From: a virus
Length of the DNA stretch: 64,000 nucleotides
IMG/VR virus record: IMGVR_UViG_3300037245_000888
Coordinates: 32,001-96,000 of that record
Direction: 5' to 3' (one strand)
The notes under the pieces were generated by a model that saw nothing but the letters and a program-made list of their open reading frames with translations, was not told the origin of the DNA and did no database searches. The position numbers and the translations under genes were made by a program. The stretch's first letter is position 1. Every line of letters starts with the position of its first letter. Positions 29,822 to 39,446 of the stretch are shown piece by piece.

Positions 29822-30257
29822 GTATGATATAGTATTTCAAGAGATTCCTAATGAGGTTTCTCTTGCCTTTACTTTAAAAGGATGTCCGAATAAGTGTGCT
29901 GGTTGTCATAGCACTCATCTCAGAGATAATAATGGACATAAATTGACAATTGATTCTCTTAGAATAATATTAGAGAAATATAAAGATTCGATAACTACTG
30001 TCTTGTTTCTTGGAGGAGACGCTAATCACAATGAGTTAATACCATTATTCAAGGAGATCAGAAAACATGGCTTAAAGTCTGCATTCTATAGTGGGTTTGA
30101 TTATTTTAATATCAGTCTACTTAATTATTTAGACTATTATAAGGCAGGAAGATATATTAGGGATCTTGGAGGACTAAATAGTAAGACAACAAATCAAAGG
30201 ATATCAGAAATTCGTGATGGTAAAATTATAGATATAACTAGAAAGTTTTGGAAATAA
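29805..30257 (+). CDS. nrdG: Anaerobic RNR activating radical-SAM protein
   Basis: GCPNKCAGCHS (CxxxCxxC), FLGGD, TTNQR; adjacent to nrdD. Confidence 0.93.
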   Translation: MVTYDKYDIVFQEIPNEVSLAFTLKGCPNKCAGCHSTHLRDNNGHKLTIDSLRIILEKYKDSITTVLFLGGDANHNELIPLFKEIRKHGLKSAFYSGFDYFNISLLNYLDYYKAGRYIRDLGGLNSKTTNQRISEIRDGKIIDITRKFWK

Positions 30258-30287
30258 ATTAGAAAACTAAAAGGAGAGTAAAACGAT

Positions 30288-31064
30288 ATGAGTAATAAAA
30301 ATAAAATAACATCAATCACAGATTTAAAGGTGGGAGATACTGTTAGACTTAGGGATGATTTAGAAATTGATGGAGATTATGAAGCTGGCATGATTCAAGA
30401 AATATTCACAAGAAAAGGAAAAGATGTGAAAATATGGGGATTCAGCTGTACTAATTTACCTTATTTTATATGTAATAGTGAATATCCCTCTGAAGGTAGT
30501 TATATATTCTTATCAGATGACATTATTGATTGGGATAAAACCAATGGTGTCGAAGAAGAACCAATCACAACAAGAGGATTTGAGTTTATATCACAGCAGC
30601 AATGGAATAAATCGCTCCCACAAGACGTTGACTTAGAACAATGGGCTTTACTATACATTGACCTAAAACTACCGAAGAGAGGCACTAAACGGTCAGCAGG
30701 ATATGATGTATTTTCACCATTTACTTTTACATTGGAACCAAATGAAGATATTAAAATTCCAACAGGCACAAAAGCATATATGTTAGAAGATGAGCAACTT
30801 GTAGGTCATATTAGATCAAGTCTAGGATTTAAGAAATATATTAGATTGGCAAATCAAACATTCATTGGTGACGCAGATTATTATAATAATCCAGACAATG
30901 AAGGTCATTGGTTTATCAAGATTAGAAATGAAGGTGATAAGCCTATTACAATTGAAAAAGGAATGGCTTTTGCCCAATTAATATTCCAAAAGTTTTTATT
31001 AGTTGACGGTGATAATTTTACCGAAGGTGAAGATAGAGTTGGTGGAATTGGAAGTACTGATTAA
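30288..31064 (+). CDS. dut: Trimeric dUTPase with a ~90-aa N-terminal extra domain
   Basis: LPKRGTKRSAGYD, IPTG, RSSLG, GDADYYNN, AQLIF, RVGGIGST. Confidence 0.92.
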   Translation: MSNKNKITSITDLKVGDTVRLRDDLEIDGDYEAGMIQEIFTRKGKDVKIWGFSCTNLPYFICNSEYPSEGSYIFLSDDIIDWDKTNGVEEEPITTRGFEFISQQQWNKSLPQDVDLEQWALLYIDLKLPKRGTKRSAGYDVFSPFTFTLEPNEDIKIPTGTKAYMLEDEQLVGHIRSSLGFKKYIRLANQTFIGDADYYNNPDNEGHWFIKIRNEGDKPITIEKGMAFAQLIFQKFLLVDGDNFTEGEDRVGGIGSTD

Positions 31065-31081
31065 AAGGAGAGTGATCACAA

Positions 31082-31231
31082 ATGGATAATAACAACATTA
31101 CTCAAGGCCAATCCAATGTAACATATCTTCAATCTCTCCGTCCTAAATGTACATCATGTAATCAACCAATGGTATTCGAGGTAGAATCAGGAATCTTCGT
31201 ATGTTTGGAACCGGATTGTGAAGATGATTAA
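31082..31231 (+). CDS. 49-aa zinc-ribbon protein, not in ORF track
   Basis: AAAGGAG RBS; ...PKCTSCNQPMVFEVESGIFVCLEPDCEDD*. Confidence 0.6.
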   Translation: MDNNNITQGQSNVTYLQSLRPKCTSCNQPMVFEVESGIFVCLEPDCEDD

Positions 31232-31272
31232 ATGGTAAACTAGATAAATATTAATTAAATTGAATAAAGTGC

Positions 31273-31324
31273 TTGACATAAATTGCCTTCCGTGATATTA
31301 TTATGATATTGGAAGGCAATTTAT
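31273..31324 (+). promoter_or_regulatory. sigmaA promoter embedded in a perfect 14-bp inverted repeat
   Basis: TTGACA-17nt-TGaTATTAT; ATAAATTGCCTTCC (31278-31291) / GGAAGGCAATTTAT (31311-31324). Confidence 0.75.
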
Positions 31325-31356
31325 ATTTAAACTAAACGATTAAAAGGAGAAAACAA

Positions 31357-32409
31357 ATGAAAGAAATTAGAATTATGGATTGGACAGACTTCAGTGGATC
31401 AACACAGGATTATATTACCCACTGTATGCCAATTATTAAAGAAGGTAGACACCCTATGGTGATTGTTATTGAGGATAAGATAACTAGAATATCTCATGCA
31501 GACGAAGCAATGGGAGCAGTAATATTAGACGTTCAAGTTGTCTCAATTAAGACAGGAGAATTATATCTTACCTGTAGTAGATTCCTAAAACCATATAAGT
31601 TTAATGTAGAAAAAGACTTGTTAGATGTGATGTGTAATTTACACCATAGTGTTAATTTTATATTGAAAGCATTACAATTGAAAGTTGTTAGTGGTATAGA
31701 AGAACCTAAACATGATGATAGATTTGCTTCTTTAGCTTATTATATGAATGTTGGATTCTCAGACAAAGAATCTCAGATTTTAGCTGATAGAGTGGATAAA
31801 TTAATGGCGCAACATATACATGAACAATTCATTAAAAATTTACTTAATCCGGTTTATGTTATTAATACTAATCCAATATTTCAATTTGAAAGTGATTATG
31901 TATTACCGAAAATGAGAATGCCTCATATGTATATAGGCTGTATTTTACCACAACTATCAAGAAAATCAATCAATGGTGTTAAATTAGGATATAGATGGAT
32001 GACTAATTTTGAAGAATCAGAGAGACATATTTACGAAGATACTATTAAAGCTACAGGATATAAAGACTCAATGTATATTTCTGCAAAGTGTCTTAAATTA
32101 TGTGATCCAAATTATGGAGGCTCATTAGTAGTTAAATCTGATATTGGTGATTTATCATCATTCTGGAAGACGTTTAATATTTTATCAAGTGGATATAATT
32201 GGATTATTGATTCTGCATCAGAGGAAGAAATTAAAGTAATAAACGTATTAATCACTAAAGACAATACAAACTTTATAGTAGATGACTTCGGTAATATATT
32301 CTCTAAAGTTAAAATGAGAGATGAAGTTACAAATTTACTAAGTGAAGCGATTGATGAGATTGCTAGATATAATAAAATTGCTGTGGATATTATTGGAGGA
32401 GATAAATAA
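31357..32409 (+). CDS. Hypothetical protein
   Basis: AAAGGAG RBS, 350-aa ORF. Confidence 0.7.
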   Translation: MKEIRIMDWTDFSGSTQDYITHCMPIIKEGRHPMVIVIEDKITRISHADEAMGAVILDVQVVSIKTGELYLTCSRFLKPYKFNVEKDLLDVMCNLHHSVNFILKALQLKVVSGIEEPKHDDRFASLAYYMNVGFSDKESQILADRVDKLMAQHIHEQFIKNLLNPVYVINTNPIFQFESDYVLPKMRMPHMYIGCILPQLSRKSINGVKLGYRWMTNFEESERHIYEDTIKATGYKDSMYISAKCLKLCDPNYGGSLVVKSDIGDLSSFWKTFNILSSGYNWIIDSASEEEIKVINVLITKDNTNFIVDDFGNIFSKVKMRDEVTNLLSEAIDEIARYNKIAVDIIGGDK

Positions 32410-32410
32410 A

Positions 32411-33175
32411 ATGAAAATTAAATTATTAGCATGTACACCAGACGCAGAAAGAATTGTAGCATCGGCAGCAAAGGTATGTTATGCAAATGGAACCGTAGAT
32501 GACGTTATGAATACAACAGATATTCAAGTTGAAAAATTCCTAGAAAAGTTAATATCTATCGGACATGAATCACCAATTGAACATGTATCATTTACATTTG
32601 CAGTAGAAGGTATTTCAAGAGTATTATCACATCAACTGGTAAGACATCGTATTGCAAGTTATTCACAACAATCTCAAAGATATGTTAAATTAGATCAATT
32701 TAAATATGTTATTCCACCGAGTTTTCATAAACAGACATCCTCTTTCCACATATTTGAAAAACACATGAAAGACTCTCAGATTGCATATGATAGAATTGTT
32801 GATGACATGGTACATAGACAAATAGAAGATTTCTTAGGATGTGCTGTATCTTCTGTAGAGGACTCTAAACATTTAATACCCACCAAGGTATTTAGTGGGT
32901 TCGAAAAGAGAGCAATTGAAGATGCAAGATTTGTCTTCCCTAATGCATGTGCTACAACTATGATATTCACTATGAATGCCAGAACACTAATGAATTTCTT
33001 CCATCATAGATGCTGTGATCGTGCTCAGTGGGAGATAAGAGGTATGGCTAATGAAATGCTAAGGTTAGTACAGAAAGCTTGTCCTACACTGTTTAAATGG
33101 GCTGGAGCATCATGTGTGAAAGGTGTTTGTCCAGAAGGAAAGATGAGTTGTGGAAATTTAAAGACTATTGAATAA
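32411..33175 (+). CDS. thyX: Flavin-dependent thymidylate synthase
   Basis: [52 protein letters not shown]. Confidence 0.97.
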   Translation: MKIKLLACTPDAERIVASAAKVCYANGTVDDVMNTTDIQVEKFLEKLISIGHESPIEHVSFTFAVEGISRVLSHQLVRHRIASYSQQSQRYVKLDQFKYVIPPSFHKQTSSFHIFEKHMKDSQIAYDRIVDDMVHRQIEDFLGCAVSSVEDSKHLIPTKVFSGFEKRAIEDARFVFPNACATTMIFTMNARTLMNFFHHRCCDRAQWEIRGMANEMLRLVQKACPTLFKWAGASCVKGVCPEGKMSCGNLKTIE

Positions 33176-33193
33176 AGGAGGCTGAATAACCCA

Positions 33194-33424
33194 ATGAATA
33201 TATTAGAAACAATGAGTAGACTAATGGATGACTCTAAAATACTTGGACTTTATCCTAGTAAATCAAATAAACAGGAATCAATCGACAATGCTAGAACTAC
33301 TTTAAAAAGTGAATTAACCAAAGACAACAAACGTAGAAATAAACAAGGTAGAAATGAAAAGTGTAGTTGTGGTAGTGGGTTGAAATACAAGAAATGTTGT
33401 GGGAGAATAATTAATGACAATTAA
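33194..33424 (+). CDS. SEC-C metal-binding motif protein
   Basis: GRNEKCSCGSGLKYKKCCG. Confidence 0.85.
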   Translation: MNILETMSRLMDDSKILGLYPSKSNKQESIDNARTTLKSELTKDNKRRNKQGRNEKCSCGSGLKYKKCCGRIINDN

Positions 33425-33455
33425 ATAATATAAAACTATATAAAGGAGAAATAAT

Positions 33456-33644
33456 ATGCCAGAAGAAGTTTTACTAGATGAGCAATTATTATCAGCAATA
33501 GAAATATTAGAAGAAAAGGTAAGAGTTAAAGAAAATGAAATTAAGGAATTAAATGTTAGGATTGATAGGTTGTATGATGGTAATACTGATGAATTAGTCG
33601 ATTGTAATGTAGAAAACTTTAATTGTAAGTATTTGGAAGAGTAG
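33456..33644 (+). CDS. Small coiled-coil hypothetical protein
   Basis: AAAGGAG RBS. Confidence 0.6.
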   Translation: MPEEVLLDEQLLSAIEILEEKVRVKENEIKELNVRIDRLYDGNTDELVDCNVENFNCKYLEE

Positions 33645-33687
<43 letters not shown>

Positions 33688-33715
33688 ATAAGATAATTAA
33701 ATACAAAAAGAAAAA

Positions 33716-33764
33716 ATAGGCATGAGATTATAAACCACCATTTACGGTGATATCTCATGCCTAT
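33716..33764. terminator. Probable bidirectional terminator at the convergence of the two arms
   Basis: ATAGGCATGAGAT / ATCTCATGCCTAT 13-bp stem. The A-run to its left is a U-tract on the - strand. Confidence 0.75.
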
Positions 33765-33799
33765 GTCTATGTTCGGTTATACTAAAATGTTATTTTAAA

Positions 33800-35671
33800 T
33801 TACACCAAAGAAATCTCGTGCTCAATACCATCACCACTTTGAAAATATAACTTATTATCCGCTTTAGTGTAAACTCTACCAAAGTTAGGAATTGCTGTAG
33901 GTGTTGTAGTCTCCTCTAAAATTATATTATTAACAGTAGGTTCATCAGTAAATTCCAAAGCTGTTTCACCAGTATTAACTTGAGCTATTTTAAAAGCTTC
34001 ACCTACATAATCAGCAGGAGTATCACTTAACCCTAAAAATGTTGTAATCCCACTTCCACCAACTCCTGAGCCAGCAGTATTATTAGGGACAAAACCTCTG
34101 AGATCTTTATAACCCACAACTGTTCCGTTGTATTCAAATTGACCACCGTTCAATTTGAATACAAATAATCCTATTAAGAATCCAACACCCTGAAAATCAC
34201 TAGGTATTGTATATACATTTTTACTATCTTTATCATTTAATGCATCTTTCTCTTTACCATAATTACCTCTAGGTAGGTTACACATAATATGAGACATTTC
34301 ACCTGACTTATTCGCTATTCCCCATACTACTAATCCAAACCACTTTCCGTTTAAGGAATCACCTAATGCATCAACTGTTATATCATTTAAATTAGTTGTT
34401 GATCTAAAAGGTGTGACAGGATCATTTACAACATGTATATCAGCACCTGTACTCATACTAAGTGCTGGGAAAGTTTGTTTATGCATTTGATATACTTGAC
34501 CTGATGTTACATCTACATATACATTATTTGGAGTGCCAAGTATAGTTCCTTCGGTTCCATTAGCCCAACTTGAATCCATCTGTCTTATTCTATCAGTGAT
34601 ATGAGATAAATGTCCTTGGAATGTAGTTGTATTCTCTATCGCATCATTCCAATTCTGGTTTCTTAGTGCATCATCTGTTTGAGTGGTAGATGCACTTTGT
34701 AAGACTATAGTTGCAACTTTAGCATGTTCGTCTGTAGGGAACGATGCTGTGCTAACCGTTAATACTTTTGTATCTTTTGGTATATACACATAATTAGTTT
34801 GTGGTATAGCGTCAGTACCAGCAGTTAACGTGATAGTTACATCTGGAGTTGCTGTAAATATGGTCAATCCATCACTAAACATTAATGTTAAGTCAGGATG
34901 TCCATTTGAAGGTGATAATGCTCCTGTAATAATAGTTCCATTACTTGTAATTCTAAAGTCAAAAGTTTCTCTAATTGTTCCATTCCAAAAGTTTATTGTA
35001 GTATCTTCTGGTATACCATGTCGATCAACAATTATTTCGCCTTCTAATGCATCTACTTTTGTAACCAATCCTATTAATATTTCATAGTTTGGAAACTCTG
35101 GTCTAGTATTTGTTAATCCACCTAATACATCTGCTGATAAATATACTGGCCCTTCAGATAATAATGAAGTATCAAAATCTCTTACCTTTCCAAATACATT
35201 TACAAATCCTTCTGCACCATTTAAAATTTCTGATGTTGCTACGCCATAAGCGGTACTTATTGTTTCATGACTATCTGCCTTAGCTTTTGCTACATTCGGG
35301 AATCCAGTTGTGCTTGTTCCTATTGGATATACTACCTCTCCAGAGCTTATTCCTATTCCTGAATTATTATGAACTTTGATCAAGTCTTCCTGTCCTATTT
35401 GTATGGCAGTAGTTCCTATTCCTGTTCCAATTTCAGCTGTTGAATCCTCTTCGTTCCAATGAAATCTACCTTTCTGATGTGGTACAGAGGTTCCTAGAGT
35501 TGTATCTAAATCTATGAAGTCTGTTTCTATTTCTTTATTTACGAATGTTTGAATTACATCTAATGTTATATTTTTACTTAAATTACCATTCTCAGTGTCA
35601 GTCATAACTACTTTATCCGTGCCTGTAGTTGATGTTTTGGTTGGCAAATTATTAATTTTTATATCTGACAT
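33800..35671 (-). CDS. Putative fibre/virion appendage protein
   Basis: MSDIKINNLP N-terminus, GEVVY..A.AD..GVA..G.V..FG.V capsid-fibre-like motif, TTFLGLSDTP.DY repeat; Thr/Gly-rich. Confidence 0.6.
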   Translation of the reverse strand: MSDIKINNLPTKTSTTGTDKVVMTDTENGNLSKNITLDVIQTFVNKEIETDFIDLDTTLGTSVPHQKGRFHWNEEDSTAEIGTGIGTTAIQIGQEDLIKVHNNSGIGISSGEVVYPIGTSTTGFPNVAKAKADSHETISTAYGVATSEILNGAEGFVNVFGKVRDFDTSLLSEGPVYLSADVLGGLTNTRPEFPNYEILIGLVTKVDALEGEIIVDRHGIPEDTTINFWNGTIRETFDFRITSNGTIITGALSPSNGHPDLTLMFSDGLTIFTATPDVTITLTAGTDAIPQTNYVYIPKDTKVLTVSTASFPTDEHAKVATIVLQSASTTQTDDALRNQNWNDAIENTTTFQGHLSHITDRIRQMDSSWANGTEGTILGTPNNVYVDVTSGQVYQMHKQTFPALSMSTGADIHVVNDPVTPFRSTTNLNDITVDALGDSLNGKWFGLVVWGIANKSGEMSHIMCNLPRGNYGKEKDALNDKDSKNVYTIPSDFQGVGFLIGLFVFKLNGGQFEYNGTVVGYKDLRGFVPNNTAGSGVGGSGITTFLGLSDTPADYVGEAFKIAQVNTGETALEFTDEPTVNNIILEETTTPTAIPNFGRVYTKADNKLYFQSGDGIEHEISLV

Positions 35672-35682
35672 TGCTTCACCTC

Positions 35683-37959
35683 CTAGTGATTAGCTGCTAG
35701 ATTATCTCCGTCTTCAGTTAATGTTGCATCTCCACCCTCAGTCAATAAATGAGTAAGGGTATTAAAAAAATCCTCAGCTTTTACTAAACAATCTCCTGTC
35801 AATGAGGTTGAGAAGAATCCTATTTGTTTTGTTATTTTATTTATGAACATTTGGTCATTTGTAGTTTCTGTTACTGTTGCTATTTCAATTACTTTAGCTA
35901 CTCCAGCAGCGTCATATAAAATGAACGTTGTATCTGCTATAAATACTTCTGCGTAGAATTGATCAATTTTGAAATAGTTTGGTGATGCGAAATCACCTAT
36001 GATTGGTGTTCCTGATATATCTGTTATTACGTAATTGTAAGTTGCTCTTTTAGTGTACGTTGGTACAGCCTTTCCACTTGGCGATTCATAGTTATATGCT
36101 ACAACAAATGGATCTGTAGACACTTCTATTCCATCGTTTATCATATTTATTTGTGTATATCGTGTGTCTATTAACGTGTCTACTGTTGTAATACATCCTT
36201 CTAAATAAGCAATAGACCCAGCGTCTTTTTCCCAATCTTCTTGTCCGCCTAACAATGGTTTGTAAGATAAACAAAATACATTCCAAGCCACTGTACCAGC
36301 AGTTACATCAGTAACTCCGGGGCCAAAATTATTAAATAAATTATCTGCAAATCGAACCACTTGGACACCACCATGGCAAGTTGAACCTTGGTCACTGGCA
36401 CTATCTCCATTGTTTCTTGCTACACAGTTGAACTCAATTATGTTTTGATTGTCATGACTAAAACCATCACCTTGACCACTTGAAGCTATGCAATTTTGGA
36501 AAAATGAATCGAATCCAACAACATTGGTGCTATAGCAACCAGCAGCACCAGCGTATTTAGCTGTACAATTCTTCATATAAGTGTTTGTAATGCTATTTAA
36601 ACCACCTAAGTATCCACCTTCTATGTTTACATTTTCAATATAGTTTCCAGCACCAGTTGTAAGTCTCAAAACATGTGTTCTTTTATAAGTTACTATATCA
36701 CTATCTGGCACCCTTGAGTCAGGTGTATGAACATACATTTTACTTACACCATCCCAGAACCAACTACCTTGAGTACTATCCACCAAAGCAATTGAACCCA
36801 CTTCTAAAAGTGTTGTATAATCTTGGTCTTGGTAAACTAATATACTCATATCGGTTACATTACTACATCTATCCATAGTAGATTCATAAACATTAGTAAA
36901 TCCACCTGTCTTAGACCATGTTGCTGGTATTGCATTTGTTATTTTTACATTATCTCCGGTACCTATCATAGAAGTTCCAACACGCATGGTTGCACCCTGA
37001 AAAGCATCATCGTTGTTATAAGTACCGTTAGCAATATGCATCTCTACTAAGTCTACTTTTGTTCTTGCTTCTTTGATAGTTTTAAAAGCTGTTAAAGCTG
37101 TTAGTCCATCATTTGTATCCAGCCCTGTGACGATATCAACATAATATTTTTTACCTACAAACTTATAATCAGATACATCGAAATCACTCGCATAACTACC
37201 GTCCGGCATTAAATAAATATCAATTGGTGGAACCCAATTGTCGGTTAAATCAGTTGGCGGGACTACAATAATTCCTCCAGTTATGTCGCTATAATCTTTT
37301 TCTTGTAGGGTATCATCTAATATTCTAAAGTCTGCTTCAACATAATATGCGACAGAATTTACACCTTCGTTTGGTATAATTGCATCCTTTTCTATAGGAT
37401 CAGTTGCTAGAGCATCCCAAAAATTATTAACGCCATTAGCAACGCTATAACCTTGTTGATTTGCAAGAGATTCTATATTATTTACTTCTACCCATGTAGG
37501 AGTTGCACTCAACTTAGATATTCTTCCATTTACATGGTCAGCAATTGTATCTCCAGCACCCTCTTCAAATTTGAAGTAGTCACCTATTGATGTGATTTTT
37601 ATATCTGCTACTTTTTTAGTATTTGGAAATGTAAAGAAACCACTTCCGTCAGTTGTTCCAGCAACATCTAATAATGTATCAGCATCCAAATATGTTAATG
37701 GCTCATTTAATAAACCAATATCCGCGGTTAATATGCCATCACCAAGTATATATTTTGCTTTTATTGATACTCTAGTTTCATCTCCAACTTGATCTTCCAT
37801 GAAGCCATCAACTACCGTGTCGGCATATGAGATGAGTCCACAGTCACGTACTAGTAAATCAAAAGCACTAAGACCTTTCTTAACATAATCAATACCAAAT
37901 CTCATTGCTGCTCTGACTATTCCTATAAAGGTATTCTTACCATTCTTTGAATAAATCAT
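35683..37959 (-). CDS. Putative tailspike/depolymerase with a right-handed beta-helix
   Basis: YYVDIVTGLDTNDGLT..TAFKTI.EA motif followed by beta-helix-like repeats (NCIASSGQGDGFSHD, NCVARNNGD). Confidence 0.65.
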   Translation of the reverse strand: MIYSKNGKNTFIGIVRAAMRFGIDYVKKGLSAFDLLVRDCGLISYADTVVDGFMEDQVGDETRVSIKAKYILGDGILTADIGLLNEPLTYLDADTLLDVAGTTDGSGFFTFPNTKKVADIKITSIGDYFKFEEGAGDTIADHVNGRISKLSATPTWVEVNNIESLANQQGYSVANGVNNFWDALATDPIEKDAIIPNEGVNSVAYYVEADFRILDDTLQEKDYSDITGGIIVVPPTDLTDNWVPPIDIYLMPDGSYASDFDVSDYKFVGKKYYVDIVTGLDTNDGLTALTAFKTIKEARTKVDLVEMHIANGTYNNDDAFQGATMRVGTSMIGTGDNVKITNAIPATWSKTGGFTNVYESTMDRCSNVTDMSILVYQDQDYTTLLEVGSIALVDSTQGSWFWDGVSKMYVHTPDSRVPDSDIVTYKRTHVLRLTTGAGNYIENVNIEGGYLGGLNSITNTYMKNCTAKYAGAAGCYSTNVVGFDSFFQNCIASSGQGDGFSHDNQNIIEFNCVARNNGDSASDQGSTCHGGVQVVRFADNLFNNFGPGVTDVTAGTVAWNVFCLSYKPLLGGQEDWEKDAGSIAYLEGCITTVDTLIDTRYTQINMINDGIEVSTDPFVVAYNYESPSGKAVPTYTKRATYNYVITDISGTPIIGDFASPNYFKIDQFYAEVFIADTTFILYDAAGVAKVIEIATVTETTNDQMFINKITKQIGFFSTSLTGDCLVKAEDFFNTLTHLLTEGGDATLTEDGDNLAANH

Positions 37960-37970
37960 AGTAATCCTCC

Positions 37971-38327
37971 TTAATATTTTGAGCCATTAATATATAGTTT
38001 AGCTCCTAAATCGTTACTTAGCTTAATTCCTCTAACCTGAACACCCGCAATAATTAATGTTTCTCCAGCTTTGCAACAGATTACAGGTTCATCTGTATAG
38101 TCCTCTGTTGTTGGGTTATCAACGGAACTTCTAACAATAACAAAATAAATGTCTGTTGCGTCTGCCTCAATAGTTGTGCTATTAGCATTTAGATTCTTAT
38201 CATCCTTTGTCAAGAACATGATCAATTCTTGGTCTACTAACGTTTCATAAAATCTGTCCAATACTGGTGCTCCATCGTATTTTAGTGTTGAAAAAAGTGC
38301 TCTCGCGTACAATTCTCCATAACTCAT
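37971..38327 (-). CDS. Hypothetical (possible virion) protein
   Basis: GGAGG RBS; first gene of the post-lysis module. Confidence 0.65.
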   Translation of the reverse strand: MSYGELYARALFSTLKYDGAPVLDRFYETLVDQELIMFLTKDDKNLNANSTTIEADATDIYFVIVRSSVDNPTTEDYTDEPVICCKAGETLIIAGVQVRGIKLSNDLGAKLYINGSKY

Positions 38328-38425
38328 GTAAATACCTCCATCTCCGCCTACACGGTATTTTATTTATATAAATAACACAATTGTTATTATATCTAATTTA
38401 ATAATTTAATATTTAACTATATCCA

Positions 38426-38480
38426 CAAACTTAAAAATACACCCACAGTTGTTAACCACGAATGCATTTCCTCAAGTTTG
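38426..38480 (-). other. Long G-U-rich RNA hairpin (processing site, terminator or ncRNA element)
   Basis: 25-bp stem with 8 G-U pairs that folds well only on the - strand. Confidence 0.6.
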
Positions 38481-38514
38481 TTATTGCTTATTTAATTTTA
38501 ATATTTATTAGTTT

Positions 38515-38590
38515 TAATCGCTTCTAATCGCTTCTAATACCATACTAATGTATTCTAATACTATCGACCATAATCGACCGCAATCGATTG
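38515..38590. repeat. Helically phased short direct repeats
   Basis: TAAT at 38515/25/35/46/56 (TAATCGCTTC twice); ATCGA at 38563/73/83. Confidence 0.6.
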
Positions 38591-38607
38591 GACGATACTT
38601 GATACTA

Positions 38608-39018
38608 CTAAGCAAATAAGTATATTACTTGAATAGCACCACGCATAATTTTCTGATCACTTTCAGACAATTCAATATCCATTTCTGTTAAAATCTCAAT
38701 TGCTCTTGTCATTACATCTTCCTCAGAAACCATTTTACTTCCTTCAAGTATGATACATGACTGAATATATTCAAGGCTATCGTGAACTACTCCATTAATC
38801 AAACTAATAGTCTTATAATCTAAATCAGTATTATTCTTTAATAGACTAGCTGTGAAATTTAATATAACTTGTAAGTCATCAATTTTATCAGCTGTATTTT
38901 TTGGATTGTCAATAATACCTTTATTTTTTAATACTAAAATTGTAACTGATATGATAAACAATACGGCCACTGTGATTAAGCCTACGGTGCTTGTATCTAA
39001 TCCTAAGTTTTCTAACAT
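38608..39018 (-). CDS. Holin (LL-H-like, N-terminal TM)
   Basis: Single N-terminal TM and C-terminal AIEIL..MDIELSESD..IMRGAIQ; downstream of the endolysin. Confidence 0.6.
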   Translation of the reverse strand: MLENLGLDTSTVGLITVAVLFIISVTILVLKNKGIIDNPKNTADKIDDLQVILNFTASLLKNNTDLDYKTISLINGVVHDSLEYIQSCIILEGSKMVSEEDVMTRAIEILTEMDIELSESDQKIMRGAIQVIYLFA

Positions 39019-39084
39019 AATAATCTCCTTTTATTGTATAGTTCATTATTTGGCGTTATCGGTTCGTTGTTAATTCCTTATTTG

Positions 39085-39435
39085 TTATCCATTTTTAGTA
39101 TTCATATCATCAGCTACTTCTTCTAATATGCTATTATTTGAATCAGATAAATCTATTTCAATTCCCATTGATTTAGTTATATTTTTTAATCCCTTGTCTA
39201 CAATAGTATTGACAAGTTTTGTTTTTTCAATTGTTGCTTTACCTGAATATAAGAATAATTCAAACATCCATCCCTTTGCAACCCAACTAAATATAAACTC
39301 AAGTTGTTGTATTTCATATCCTTTTATGAATAAGTATCCCATTGCAAGAATACACGATACAAAGATAATATTAACTATCCAAAGGAGTTTTTTACTAGTG
39401 GCATATTTCAATATTTTTTTAAATAATTTCTTCAT
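39085..39435 (-). CDS. Putative holin (2 TM)
   Basis: Basic N-terminus, TSKKLL, two TMs and a charged tail; directly after the endolysin. Confidence 0.6.
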   Translation of the reverse strand: MKKLFKKILKYATSKKLLWIVNIIFVSCILAMGYLFIKGYEIQQLEFIFSWVAKGWMFELFLYSGKATIEKTKLVNTIVDKGLKNITKSMGIEIDLSDSNNSILEEVADDMNTKNG

Positions 39436-39446
39436 TTTATTCTCCT

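Noticed and set aside
33773-33800. dif-like site at the arm convergence (TTATTTTAAAT resembles the XerD arm TTATGTTAAAT)
   Set aside because: No matching left arm at 6-8 bp spacing, and such a match is expected by chance in very AT-rich DNA.
38419-38427. DnaA-box-like ATATCCACA
   Set aside because: A single 8/9 match with no cluster of boxes.
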